Assembly (NCBI GenBank): GCA_963704885.1 | Contig: CAVPIB010000004.1 | Span: forward strand, 960,001 to 1,024,000 | Direction: 5' to 3' | Length of the DNA: 64,000 bases | From: an uncultured Actinomycetes bacterium | Lineage (GTDB): Bacteria > Actinomycetota > UBA4738 > HRBIN12 | Shown: positions 18,044-28,035 of the stretch, piece by piece | How positions within the stretch are numbered: the stretch's first letter is position 1 | Layout: the number at the start of each line of letters is the position of its first letter | Position numbers and translations under genes: made by a program | The notes under the pieces: generated by a model | What the model saw: only the letters and a program-made list of their open reading frames with translations | Told to the model about the DNA's origin: nothing | The model's database searches: none

Positions 18044-20401
18044 ATGGTAGACACCGAAGAGATCCGCGGGATCGGACACAGCGTCCGTCGAGTGGAGGAC
18101 GACCGGTTCATCCGCGGCGCCGGCAACTACATCGACGACATCAACCTCCCCGGGATGCTGCACATGGCCATCCTGCGGAGCCCCTACGCGCACGCGAACC
18201 TCAAGAGCGTCGACGGTTCGAAGGCGCAAGCGCTCGACGGCGTGATCGCCGTCGTGACCGGTGAGCTGATGGCGCAGCACAACCTGGCGTGGATGCCCAC
18301 GCTGTCCGGCGACACGCAGGCGGTCCTGGCGACAGACAAGGTTCGGTTCCAGGGGCAGGAGGTCGCGGCCGTGATCGCGACCGACCCGTACGTCGCGAAG
18401 GACGCCTTGGAGCTGATCGAGGTCGACTACGAGCCGCTGGACCCGGTCACGTCCCCGCAGCAGGCGCTCGGGGCCGACGCACCCGTGATCCGCACGGACA
18501 AGGAAGGTCAGGCCAACGACCACATCTACGACTGGGAGACAGGCGACAAGGAGGCGACCGACGCGGCGTTCGCTGCTGCGGACAAGATCGTCTCGCTGGA
18601 TACGTTCTACCCGCGTTGCCACCCGGCCCCGTTGGAGACGTGCGGCTGCATCGCGGACGTGAGCCCGGCGACCGGTCAGGTGACGATCTACATGACGTCG
18701 CAGGCGCCGCACGCGATCCGGACGGTGTTCGCGCTGGTGGCAGGCTTGCCCGAGGAGAAGATCCGGATCGTGTCTCCCGACATCGGGGGCGGTTTCGGGA
18801 ACAAGGTTCCCGTCTACCCGGGCTACGTCGTGGCGACGGCAGCGTCGCTCCTGCTAGGCCACCCGGTCAAGTGGATCGAAGACCGGTCGGAGAACCTGAT
18901 CTCGACCGGGTTCGCCCGCGACTACCACATGCACGGCGAGCTCGCGCTGAAGAACGACGGGACCATGCTCGGTCTGCGGGCGTCGCTCCTGGCAGACGAG
19001 GGCGCGTTCTACGCCGACGCCCAGCCGTCCAAGTTCAAGGTCGGCTTGTTCCACATCGTGAGCGGGTCCTACGACCTGCCCGCGACCCACGTCACGGCCG
19101 AGGGCGCGTATACGAACAAAGCGCCCGGCGGCGTGGCGTACCGATGCTCGTTCCGCGTGACGGAGGCCTCGTACCTGATCGAGCGCCTGGTGTCTAACGC
19201 CGCCTACGAGCTGGGGATGGATCCGGTCGACATCCGGAAGAAGAACTTCATCCAGAAGGACCAGTTCCCGTACACGTCGTCGACGGGCTTCGTCTACGAC
19301 AGCGGCGACTATCAGGCCGCCATGGACAAGGCGCTCGACATGATCGGATACGACGACCTCCGCAAGGAGCAGGCGGAGGCACGGGCGCAGGGCAAGCTGT
19401 ACGGCATCGGCGTCGCGTCGTTCACCGAGGTCGTGGGGGCAGGTCCCGCCAAGGACTACGACATCATCGGCATCAAGATGAACGACGGCGCCGAGCTGCG
19501 GATCCACCCGACCGGCAAGGCGATCCTGAAGCTCAGCTGCCAGACGCAGGGTCAGGGCCACGAGACGACCTTCGCTCAGATCGTCGCCGGCGAGCTGGGC
19601 ATCCAGCCCGAGGACATCAAGGTCGTGCACGGCGACACGGACAACACGCCGTACGGATTGGGCACGTACGCCTCGCGTTCCACGCCCACGTCGGGCGCGG
19701 CGACCGCGATGGTCGCCCGCCGCGTTCGAGAGAAGGCGATGAAGCTGGCGGCACACCTGCTCGAGGTCGCCGAGGAGGACATCGAGTACGAGGCCGGGAA
19801 GTTCTCGGTCCGCGGCGCTCCGGATCAGGTGAAGTCGATCCAGGACGTGGCGTTCGCGGCGTACACGAACTTCCCCGAGGGCATGGAGGCCGGGCTGGAA
19901 GGCGTTTACTACTACAACCCGCCCAACCTGACGTTCCCGTTCGGGACCTACGTCGTCGCGGTCGAGGTCGACCCCGAGACCGGCGTGTGGAAGGTCCGGC
20001 GGATGGTCGCGGTGGACGACTGCGGCGTGCGGATCAACCCGATGATCGTGGAAGGCCAGATCCAGGGCGGGCTCACCGAGGGCTACGCCATCGCGGCGAT
20101 GGAGCTGATCACGTTCGACGAGGTCGGCAACGCGATCGGCACGAACTTCATGGACTACCTGATCCCGACCGCGTGGGAGACGCCGAAGTTCGAGCTGGGC
20201 GAGACCGTCACGCCGTCGCCGCACCACCCGATCGGCGCGAAGGGCGTCGGCGAGTCGGCCACGGTCGGCTCCCCCGCCGCCTACGTGAACGCGGTGATCG
20301 ACGCGCTGTGGCCCTACGGTGTGAAGAACATCGACATGCCGGTCACCTCGGCGAAGGTCTGGGAGGCGTTGGAGGCCGCTAAGGCAGGTTCCTCGGCGTG
20401 A
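18044..20401 (+). CDS. coxL: Form I aerobic CO dehydrogenase large subunit (Mo-Cu)
   Basis: Active-site loop GGVAYRCSFRVTEA (AYRCSFR at 19136-19156), GGGFGNKVPVYPGY, QGQGHETT and PSPHHPIGAKGVGES. Confidence 0.96.
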   Translation: MVDTEEIRGIGHSVRRVEDDRFIRGAGNYIDDINLPGMLHMAILRSPYAHANLKSVDGSKAQALDGVIAVVTGELMAQHNLAWMPTLSGDTQAVLATDKVRFQGQEVAAVIATDPYVAKDALELIEVDYEPLDPVTSPQQALGADAPVIRTDKEGQANDHIYDWETGDKEATDAAFAAADKIVSLDTFYPRCHPAPLETCGCIADVSPATGQVTIYMTSQAPHAIRTVFALVAGLPEEKIRIVSPDIGGGFGNKVPVYPGYVVATAASLLLGHPVKWIEDRSENLISTGFARDYHMHGELALKNDGTMLGLRASLLADEGAFYADAQPSKFKVGLFHIVSGSYDLPATHVTAEGAYTNKAPGGVAYRCSFRVTEASYLIERLVSNAAYELGMDPVDIRKKNFIQKDQFPYTSSTGFVYDSGDYQAAMDKALDMIGYDDLRKEQAEARAQGKLYGIGVASFTEVVGAGPAKDYDIIGIKMNDGAELRIHPTGKAILKLSCQTQGQGHETTFAQIVAGELGIQPEDIKVVHGDTDNTPYGLGTYASRSTPTSGAATAMVARRVREKAMKLAAHLLEVAEEDIEYEAGKFSVRGAPDQVKSIQDVAFAAYTNFPEGMEAGLEGVYYYNPPNLTFPFGTYVVAVEVDPETGVWKVRRMVAVDDCGVRINPMIVEGQIQGGLTEGYAIAAMELITFDEVGNAIGTNFMDYLIPTAWETPKFELGETVTPSPHHPIGAKGVGESATVGSPAAYVNAVIDALWPYGVKNIDMPVTSAKVWEALEAAKAGSSA

Positions 20402-21325
20402 AGCCGGACGTCCTGGCGCTCGCCGCGGAGCTGTCGGGACGCGGTGAACCTTTCGTCCTTGCGACGGTGGTGTGGCGGCGGGCGCCATCGTCTGGCAAGG
20501 AGGGAGCCACCGCGCTGATCACGCCCGACCGGCGCGTGCGTGGTTGGCTCGGCGGGGCGTGCGCCGAGCCCACGGTGGTCCGGGAGGCGCTGAAGGCGCT
20601 CGAGGAAGGCTCTCCGCGCCTGCTGTTCCTGGGTTCGCCCGAGGAGCTCGAGGGGCGCGCGCGCGAGGGCGTCGTCACCGTTCCGATCGCGTGCCAGAGC
20701 GAGGGAGCACTGGAGGTCTACGTGGAACCGGTCCTGCCGCAACCGCAGCTCGTCGCGATCGGACGTTCGCCGGCGGCGAGGGCTCTCGCGGCGCTGGCGG
20801 CCGGTCTCGGCTGGCGGAGCCTCCTGATCGGGAGGAGAGCGCCGAGTCGGCGACGGGGTCGACGACCGGTCCTACGTCGTGGTCGCGACCCAGGGGCACT
20901 TCGACGAGGACGCCCTGGAGCGCGCGCTAGCCACGCCCGCGGCGTACGTGGGCCTGGTCGCGTCGCGCAAGCGCGCCGAAGCGGTGCTCGGGTATCTGCG
21001 GGACCGCGGCGTGGCCGAGGAGGCGCTCGCGCGCGTCCACGCACCCGCCGGGCTCGACCTCGGCCACGTCGCCACCGACGAGATCGCCGTGGCGATCCTG
21101 GCCGAGATCGTCCAGCTGCGGGCGGCCGGGTCGCTCGAGTCGGGGATGGTCACCGAGGCGCCCGCGCGGCACGAGGAGATCGACCCCGTCTGCGCCATGA
21201 CCGTCGACGTGGCCGATGCGCGGTTCCGGACCGTGCACGACGGACTCACTTACTACTTCTGCTCCGCGGGATGCCTGGCGTCCTTCACGAAGGATCCGGC
21301 GTCGTACGTCGCGGTCGCTCCGTGA
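20398..21325 (+). CDS. XdhC/CoxF-family protein with C-terminal YHS/TRASH domain, frameshift at about 20830-20875
   Basis: WLGGACAEP and IACQSEG in one frame. VATQGHFD, YVGLVASRKR, APAGLDLG and DPVCAMTV...YYFCSAGC in the next frame. Confidence 0.85.
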
Positions 21326-21347
21326 CGGCACCGGTAGGCTGGTCGCC

Positions 21348-21942
21348 GTGCTGATCGAGAACGAGTTCACCGTCGCGGCCGACCCCGCGTTCCTGTGGAG
21401 CTACCTCTTGGACGTGGAGAAGATCGCGCCGTGCATGCCGGGCGCCGAGCTCACGGAGGTCGTCGACGACAAGAACTGGAAGGGCAAGCTCAACGCGAAG
21501 TTCGGCCCTGTTTCGCTTTCGTTCGCGGGGACGGTCGTCATGGAAGAGCGCGACGATGCGGCGCACCGCGTGGTGCTCTCGGCGAAGGGTATGGAGGCGA
21601 AGGGCAAGGGGGCGGCGAACGCCAAGGTGACGTCGTGGCTCGAGCCTCCGGTCGAGGGGAAGACGACCGTGAAGATGCAAGCGGACATCACGCTCACGGG
21701 CGCCGCCGCGCAGCTGTCACGCGGGCTTGCTCCCGGAGATCTCGAAGAAGCTGACGCAGCAGTTCGCGGACTGTCTGGAGCAGTCGATCACAGCGGAGAG
21801 CGGGGGCGGCGAGAAGGCGGGCGGCGAGGCAGCACCCGCGGTGGCCAAGCCCGTCGGCGGGATCGGCCTGGGCATCTCGGCGATCTGGTCGATCATCTCG
21901 AACTTCTTCCGCAAGCTCTTCGGGCTGAAGCCCAAGTCCTGA
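21348..21942 (+). CDS. coxG: CoxG (SRPBCC fold) with amphipathic C-terminal tail, frameshift at about 21728
   Basis: WSYLLDVEKIAPCMPGAEL and GAAAQLSRG, continuing in the next frame as LPEISKKLTQQFADCL...IWSIISNFFRKLFG. Confidence 0.85.
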
Positions 21943-21946
21943 GCCC

Positions 21947-22519
21947 GTGATCTCGGGCGTGGTGCTCGCAGCCGGAACCGGGTCGCGATTCGGTGCCACG
22001 AAGCAGCTCGTGGTCGTCGACGGCAAACCCCTGGCGCAACACGCGATCGACGCCTTGATCGACGGTGGGGTCGACGAGCTGGTGGTCGTGACGGGCCACG
22101 ACGCGGTCCGGGTAGCCTCGGGACTCGCGCTCCCCCCCGACGCACGGGTCGTCTACAACGCGGCGTACCGAGAGGGACAGTCGACGTCGCTCGGCGTCGG
22201 GCTCCACGCGCTCGACGACGACAGCGAGGCGGCCGTCGTTCTGATGGCCGATCAACCTGGGGTTGGGGCCGACGTAGTGCAGGCGCTCATCGAACGGTTC
22301 CGCGCCACCCGCAAACAGATCGTGCGCGCGATGTTCGAGGACGGGCCTGGCCCTTCGCTCTTGTCGCGCGAGATCTACGCCGAGGCGGGCCACCTGCACG
22401 GCGACGTGGGGGCACGCGAGCTGGTCGCTTCCCACCCGGAGTGGGTGGAGGAGATCCAGTGCCAGGGTCCGGCGCCGCGTGACGTCGACACCCCGGAGGA
22501 CCTTCCTACCGACCCCTAG
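21947..22519 (+). CDS. mocA: Molybdenum cofactor cytidylyltransferase-like nucleotidyltransferase
   Basis: VLAAGTGSRFGATKQL, GQSTSL, ADQP, GDVGAR and DVDTPED. Lies within a cox operon. Confidence 0.85.
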   Translation: MISGVVLAAGTGSRFGATKQLVVVDGKPLAQHAIDALIDGGVDELVVVTGHDAVRVASGLALPPDARVVYNAAYREGQSTSLGVGLHALDDDSEAAVVLMADQPGVGADVVQALIERFRATRKQIVRAMFEDGPGPSLLSREIYAEAGHLHGDVGARELVASHPEWVEEIQCQGPAPRDVDTPEDLPTDP

Positions 22520-22941
22520 GGCTCGCTGCGAGAACGGACCATCGTTCGTTCGTCCGGGGACCCGAAGCCGAACTTCGCGTAGAGCTCGTGAGCGTCGCGC
22601 GTTCCCAGGTACCACTGGAGGTCGCGGTGCTCCGGGAACTCCACGGCCTCGCGCACGAGCTCCACGCCGATGCCGCGCCCCCGATGCTCCGGCAGCACGA
22701 AGACGTCGCCCAGCCACGCCATGTTCGACGCGTCGGAGATCACGCGACAGAAACCCACGAGCTGGTCGTCGTCGTATGCAGCGATCACGCGGGTCGACTC
22801 GCGCACCAGCCGCTCGACCGTCTCGCGCGAGCGCCCGGGAACCCAGTAGGCCTCCTCGCTCAGGTACCGATGCACGACGTCGACGTCCACGCGTGCGCGG
22901 TCGTCGTCGAGCTCCAGGCCCTCGCCGATCTGCCGTCTCAT
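22516..22941 (-). CDS. GNAT family N-acetyltransferase
   Basis: AWLGDVFVLPEHRGRGIG and TRDAHELYAKFGF. Confidence 0.9.
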   Translation of the reverse strand: MRRQIGEGLELDDDRARVDVDVVHRYLSEEAYWVPGRSRETVERLVRESTRVIAAYDDDQLVGFCRVISDASNMAWLGDVFVLPEHRGRGIGVELVREAVEFPEHRDLQWYLGTRDAHELYAKFGFGSPDERTMVRSRSEP

Positions 22942-22942
22942 C

Positions 22943-23758
22943 TCAGCAGGTCAGCCCCAGGCGCCGGTGCTGAAGCGCGGGGAGCCGCTGACGGATGTGC
23001 CGGAGCTCGCCCAGGTCCAGGTCGGCGAACCACACGCCGTCGCCCTCGTCGGGCGCTCGGACGACAACCCGACCCCACGGGTCCACGACCATCGAGTTCC
23101 CGTATGAGCGGCGTCCCTTCTCGGGCGCGCCGAACGTCCCCCACTGACCCGCCGCGACCACGTAGCACTGGTTCTCTATCGCTCGCGCGCGCATCAGGAC
23201 CTCCCAATGGTCCCTGCCCGTCTCTTGCTGGAACTGCGCGGGTACCAGGAGCACCTCCGCTCCAAGGACCATGAGCCCGCGGTACAGCTCGGGGAACCGG
23301 AGGTCGTAACAGATCGACAGGCCCACCCTGGCCTGATCGGTCTCGTGGGTCACCAGCTGGTCGCCCGCGGTGAACGTGGCCGACTCCCGGAACGGCGGCT
23401 GACCGGGCAGTTCCACGTCGAACAGATGGATCTTGCGGTAGTAGGCCACGAACTCACCTTCGCGATCGAAGAGGGTCGACGTGTTGTAGATGTGGCCCTC
23501 GGCGACCTCGAGGATGCTCCCGCCCAGCACCCACATCGAACGGTCGCGGGCGATCGACGCCAGGCGATCAGTCGTTGGACCGGGGATCGGCTCGGCGGCC
23601 TCGGCACGGCCCCGCGCCGAGCCGAGGTACGTGAACACCTCGGGAAGCACGGCGAGGTCGGCCCCTCCGTCGGCGGCCTCCCCCAGCAAACGCTCAGCGA
23701 GCGCAACGTTTGCGTCGACGTCCTCGCCGGATCGCATCTGACATATCGCCGCCCGCAT
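22943..23758 (-). CDS. Carbon-nitrogen hydrolase (Nit1-like)
   Basis: LPE, YRKIHLFD and ICYDLRFPE (E-K-C triad), plus RARAIENQ. Start at ATG 23758. Confidence 0.92.
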   Translation of the reverse strand: MRAAICQMRSGEDVDANVALAERLLGEAADGGADLAVLPEVFTYLGSARGRAEAAEPIPGPTTDRLASIARDRSMWVLGGSILEVAEGHIYNTSTLFDREGEFVAYYRKIHLFDVELPGQPPFRESATFTAGDQLVTHETDQARVGLSICYDLRFPELYRGLMVLGAEVLLVPAQFQQETGRDHWEVLMRARAIENQCYVVAAGQWGTFGAPEKGRRSYGNSMVVDPWGRVVVRAPDEGDGVWFADLDLGELRHIRQRLPALQHRRLGLTC

Positions 23759-23769
23759 GGTCTGCAAGT

Positions 23770-24534
23770 CTAGGCGCGCTTGCGAGCCTTCCAGACCTCT
23801 TCGCTCGGCCATCGGTGCGCCCACTCCGCCGTGACGAACGTGGCCCCGGTCGTCGCGCCCTGCGGGGCCCGGATCTCGACTAGGTCCTCGATGTCGAAGC
23901 CGGTCGCGCGCAGCAGCCTGATCATGTCGCCGTACCCAAGATGGAAGTCGACCGCGGTTTCGTTCGTCCACTCGAACCGACGGATGCCGAAGTAGTCGCG
24001 CTGCATCGAGTTCGACGCGGGGACCTCCACGTCTTCGTCGGAGCAAAGCATCAGGATCGTTCCGTTGACGAGGAAGTGCAGGCGGCCGCCAGGTCGAAGG
24101 ACACGGGCGGCCTCGGGGATCCAAAGGTAGGGGTCCGCCCAGATACTTGCCCCGTACTCCGAGATCGCGAGGTCGAAGCTCTCGTCGGCGAACGGGAGAT
24201 GTTCGGCGTTGGCTTGCAGGGTCGGGAACGTAAGATCGAACTCCTCCTGGAGGCGAGTTGCGGTCCGCAGCTGCTCAGAGGAGTTGTCGATGCCCACGAC
24301 GTGCGCGCCTCGACGGGCGAGCCAGGCCGACACGTACGCGGTGCCACATCCCAGCTCGATACGGTCGAGACGCTCCGCCTCGTCCGGGAACATCACCACA
24401 TCAGACTCCGGCGTGTCCCAGATGCCCCAGCTCGGCTCGGCAAGCCAGGCGCGGTGACCCGGGTCCTCGTACTCCGCCGCCCATCCGTCCCAGGCAACTC
24501 GGTTCCTAAGTACGTGATCGGATGCGTCAGTCAT
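23770..24534 (-). CDS. Class I SAM-dependent methyltransferase
   Basis: ELGCGTAY, LPFADESFD and EAARVLRPGG. Confidence 0.9.
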   Translation of the reverse strand: MTDASDHVLRNRVAWDGWAAEYEDPGHRAWLAEPSWGIWDTPESDVVMFPDEAERLDRIELGCGTAYVSAWLARRGAHVVGIDNSSEQLRTATRLQEEFDLTFPTLQANAEHLPFADESFDLAISEYGASIWADPYLWIPEAARVLRPGGRLHFLVNGTILMLCSDEDVEVPASNSMQRDYFGIRRFEWTNETAVDFHLGYGDMIRLLRATGFDIEDLVEIRAPQGATTGATFVTAEWAHRWPSEEVWKARKRA

Positions 24535-24650
24535 CGAAGATCCCCTCGGAGGGTGGGATGGGAAGCGCTTCAGCCCAGCCGATCCTTTCACTTACGCCGC
24601 AGCTCACCGCGCCGGGGCGTCCGCCGGGCCCAGCGCTCGGATGAGCGCGG

Positions 24651-26591
24651 TCATCGCGAAGCCCGACGGATCTTGTCTAACGCGCGCGGGTTCTCGACGC
24701 TCGACAGGTCGCCTGGCTCCTCGCCGATCGCGGCCGCGCGGATCGCCCGACGGACGATCTTCGCGGAGCGGGTCCTGGGGAGCTCGTCGACGAAGAGGAC
24801 CTTCGATGGCGCGAAAGCCTTACCCAGCTTGTCGGCAACGACCCCGCGAAGCTCGGCAGCGAGCGCCTCGGTCCGGTCCTCGCCGGACTTCACCACCACG
24901 AAGCACCAGATGACCTCGCCCTTCACGTCGTGAGGGATGCCGACGGCGGCCGACTCGACCACGGCGGCGTGCGACGAGAGGGCGCTCTCGACCTCCGCCG
25001 GGCCCAGGCGTTTGCCGGCGACGTTCAGCGTGTCGTCGGAACGACCGTGCAGGAACCAGAACCCGTCCTCGTCGATGCTGGCCCAGTCGCCGTGAACCCA
25101 GACGCCGGGGAACCGGCGCCAGTACGTGTCCAGATAGCGCTCGTCGTCACCCCAGATGCCCCGGGTCATGGCCGGCCACGGCTGCTTGCACACCAGCTCT
25201 CCGAGCTGGCCCGCGGGCATCGGCGTTCCATCGGGTCCCCAGACGTCCACGTCCATCCCGAGCGCCGGTCCGCGGAGCGTGCATGACTTGAGCTCTGTGA
25301 TCGGGAGCGGCGAGAGGAAGCACGCGCCGACCTCGGTGCCGCCGGACAGGTTGATGATCGGGAGTCGTCCCCCACCGACCTCCTCGAACAGCCAGCGGTA
25401 CGGCTCGGGGTTCCACGCTTCGCCGGTGGAGGCCAGGATGCGGAGTGAAGAGACATCGTGCGCTCGAACGTGCTCGGCGCCCGATGGGATCAGCGCGCGG
25501 ATCAACGTGGGCGAAACCCCGAGCACGGTCACGCCGTGCCGCTCGACCGTGGCCCACAGCCGATCTGGACCGGGGAAGTTCGGCGCGCCCTCGGTCAGGA
25601 GCACGGTCGAGCCCAGCGCCAGCGCGCCCACGATCTCCCACGGACCCAGGATCCAGCCCAGGTCGGTTACCCAGTGCAGGACGTCGCCGGGGCGCACGTC
25701 CACCTGGTAGGCAACCTCCTCCGCGATCTTCACCAGGAAGCCAGCGTGGACATGCAGCGCTCCCTTGGGCTTGCCGGTGGTTCCGCTGGTGTAGCCGATG
25801 AACAACGGGTGTTCGCTCGCGAGCGGCTCGGTGTCGAAGCGACCCGGCTGCGCGGAAAGCAGCTTCTCCCAGCGGACGTCGAGTGCCTTGTTCCACGGCG
25901 CGCCTGCATCATCTAGTCTGTTCCAGACTAGTACGTGACGAACACAGCCCGCCTGGTCGACCGCCCGATCGGCGATCTCCTTCATGGGCACAGCGCGGCC
26001 GTGGCGGAGCGAGCCGTCGGCCGTGATCAGGACCTGCGCGTTGGCGTCGGACAGGCGCGCGGCGACCGCCTCGTGGCCGAAGCCGCTGAAGATCGGGACC
26101 CAGATCGCGCCGATCTTCGAGCACGCCATGACCGCGGCCACCGTCTCGATCGCCATGGGCATGAAGATGCCGACCGTGTCGCGCTGCTCCACCCCGAGGG
26201 AGCGCAGGCCGTGCGCCAGGCGATCGGTCAGCTCTCGGAGCTCGCGGTAGGTGACGCGGCGGACCTCGCCGTCCTCGCCCTCCCAGATGACCGCCACCGA
26301 CTCGGGCGTCCTATCGGCCCAGACGTCTACGCACTGGTGGGCCAGGTTCGTCTGGCCACCGAGGAACCAGGTGGCCCACTCGGCACCGCGAGACGTATCC
26401 AGGACTCGGTCGTAAGGCGTGAGGAACGAGATCCCCAGGTCGTGCACCACGGCGTCCCAGAACCACGCGATGTCGCCCACGGAGCGGGCTACCAGCTCGT
26501 CGTAGGTCTCGATCCCGTGGGCGCGCATGAAACGGGTGATGTTGGCCCGCTCGATGACCTCGGGCGGCGGCGCCCACACCACGTCGTCCAC
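24651..26591 (-). CDS. Acyl-CoA synthetase (acetate/acetoacetate-CoA ligase-like)
   Basis: YTSGTTGKPKG, NLSGGTE, HGDWA, GRSDDTLNVAGKR and PRTRSAKIVRR. Confidence 0.9.
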   Translation of the reverse strand: MDDVVWAPPPEVIERANITRFMRAHGIETYDELVARSVGDIAWFWDAVVHDLGISFLTPYDRVLDTSRGAEWATWFLGGQTNLAHQCVDVWADRTPESVAVIWEGEDGEVRRVTYRELRELTDRLAHGLRSLGVEQRDTVGIFMPMAIETVAAVMACSKIGAIWVPIFSGFGHEAVAARLSDANAQVLITADGSLRHGRAVPMKEIADRAVDQAGCVRHVLVWNRLDDAGAPWNKALDVRWEKLLSAQPGRFDTEPLASEHPLFIGYTSGTTGKPKGALHVHAGFLVKIAEEVAYQVDVRPGDVLHWVTDLGWILGPWEIVGALALGSTVLLTEGAPNFPGPDRLWATVERHGVTVLGVSPTLIRALIPSGAEHVRAHDVSSLRILASTGEAWNPEPYRWLFEEVGGGRLPIINLSGGTEVGACFLSPLPITELKSCTLRGPALGMDVDVWGPDGTPMPAGQLGELVCKQPWPAMTRGIWGDDERYLDTYWRRFPGVWVHGDWASIDEDGFWFLHGRSDDTLNVAGKRLGPAEVESALSSHAAVVESAAVGIPHDVKGEVIWCFVVVKSGEDRTEALAAELRGVVADKLGKAFAPSKVLFVDELPRTRSAKIVRRAIRAAAIGEEPGDLSSVENPRALDKIRRASR

Positions 26592-26614
26592 GCGGACACG
26601 GTATAACCGTGGGG
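26592..26614. promoter_or_regulatory. Putative bidirectional leaderless promoter
   Basis: Only 23 bp separate the divergent starts. On the minus strand TACCGT is 6 nt from GTG 26591; on the plus strand TATAAC is 7 nt from ATG 26615. The two hexamers overlap. Confidence 0.5.
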
Positions 26615-27682
26615 ATGGAGTCGCGAGTCGGAGTGGTCGGGGTCGGCTGGTCCGGCTTCTCGCCCACCACGCCCGGCGCCTCCTACAAGGAGCTGATGTT
26701 CGAGGCCGCGCGCTCCGCCTACGCGGACGCCGGTGTCGATCCACGCAAGGATGTGGACTCGTTCGTGTGTGCCTCCGAGGACTTCGAGGAGGGCACGAGC
26801 ATCTTCGACGAGTACGTGCCCGATCAGCTGGGCGCGGTGCAGCGGCCGGTGCAGACCGTGGCCTCGGACGGGCTGTTCGCGATCGCGACGGCCGTGATGC
26901 TGATCCGGTCGGGCATCGCCAAGACGGTTGCCGTCGAGGCGCATTCGAAGGCCTCGGACGTGGTCTCGCACGGCAGGATCGAGCGCTTCGCGCTCGATCC
27001 GGTGTTGAACCGCCCGCTGGGCGTCTCGGCGCTCGCGGTCGCGGGGTTGGAGATGCGGCGCTACCTGCACGAGAGCGGTCGGACCGTGGAGGAGTGCGCG
27101 GAGGTCGCGGAGCGCAACCGCGAGCACGCGCGGTCGAACCCGCGCGCGTCGTACGTGGATTCCCCGCACGCGACCATGCTCTTCGATCCGCTCACGGCGG
27201 ACCAGTCCGCGCGAAGCGCGGACGGGTGCGTGGTGGTGGTGCTGGCAGGTGACGCTCGCGGCGAAGCCGCGAGTGTCCACGTGGACGGCGTGGGCTGGAG
27301 CCAGGACGCGCCCAGCCTAGAGTCCCGCTCGTGGGGCGAGGCCGTGGCGGCCAAGCGCGCGGGCGAGATGGCGTTCGCCCAAGCTGGGATCGGCCCGCTC
27401 GACGCCGACTTCGCCGAGGTCGACGACACGTTCGCGTACAAGCAGCTGCAGCACCTGGACGCGCTGGGCCTGGCCGGGCTGAACTCCGAGCGCATGAACC
27501 GTTCCGGTGGCGCGCTGGGCGAGGGCTACCTGCACGAGGCGAACGGCTTGGCGCGGTTCCTGAGCTGCGTGGAACAACTCCGCGCCGGCGAGGGGCGCGT
27601 GGGCGTGGTGCAGTCGTGGCGAGGCGTGCCGAGCAGCTCGGCCGCGGTCGCCGTGCTGACGGGCGCCGGGGCAAGCCGATGA
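26615..27682 (+). CDS. Thiolase-fold protein lacking the catalytic Cys (Ltp4-like)
   Basis: VGVVGVG, ADGCVVVVL, AEVDDTF and NRSGGALG. VQTVASDG stands where C-x-S-G is expected. Confidence 0.8.
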   Translation: MESRVGVVGVGWSGFSPTTPGASYKELMFEAARSAYADAGVDPRKDVDSFVCASEDFEEGTSIFDEYVPDQLGAVQRPVQTVASDGLFAIATAVMLIRSGIAKTVAVEAHSKASDVVSHGRIERFALDPVLNRPLGVSALAVAGLEMRRYLHESGRTVEECAEVAERNREHARSNPRASYVDSPHATMLFDPLTADQSARSADGCVVVVLAGDARGEAASVHVDGVGWSQDAPSLESRSWGEAVAAKRAGEMAFAQAGIGPLDADFAEVDDTFAYKQLQHLDALGLAGLNSERMNRSGGALGEGYLHEANGLARFLSCVEQLRAGEGRVGVVQSWRGVPSSSAAVAVLTGAGASR

Positions 27683-28035
27683 TCGGCCCTGCGGACCTGG
27701 TCTACCTGTTCGTCACCGACATGGATCGCACGGTGGCGTTCTATCGAGACACCCTGGGATTGTCGCTGGACTACCGGTCGGGCGACGAGTGGGCGCAGTT
27801 CTCGGCGGGACCCGTCAAGCTGGCGCTCCACGGCACCGGATCGGTCGCCGCGCGCCCCGGGGGGACGATCGCATTCACCGTGACGGACCTGGACGCGTCG
27901 AAGGTCAAGCTCACGGAGCGCGGAGTCGCGATCGGACACGAGGGCGGCGGCGAAGGACGAGGCCCGCGGTTCGTGGAGTTCGCGGACCCCGACGGCAACG
28001 TGCTCGCGCTGTTCGAGTACGAGGAGCGCGCGTGA
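27679..28035 (+). CDS. VOC/glyoxalase family protein
   Basis: VTDMDRTVAFYRDTLGL and FADPDGNVL. ATGA/GTGA coupling on both sides. Confidence 0.88.
   Translation: MIGPADLVYLFVTDMDRTVAFYRDTLGLSLDYRSGDEWAQFSAGPVKLALHGTGSVAARPGGTIAFTVTDLDASKVKLTERGVAIGHEGGGEGRGPRFVEFADPDGNVLALFEYEERA

Noticed and set aside
22516-22519. Convergent genes sharing a CTAG double stop (also 61871-61874)
   Set aside because: A common compact arrangement with no evidence of function.
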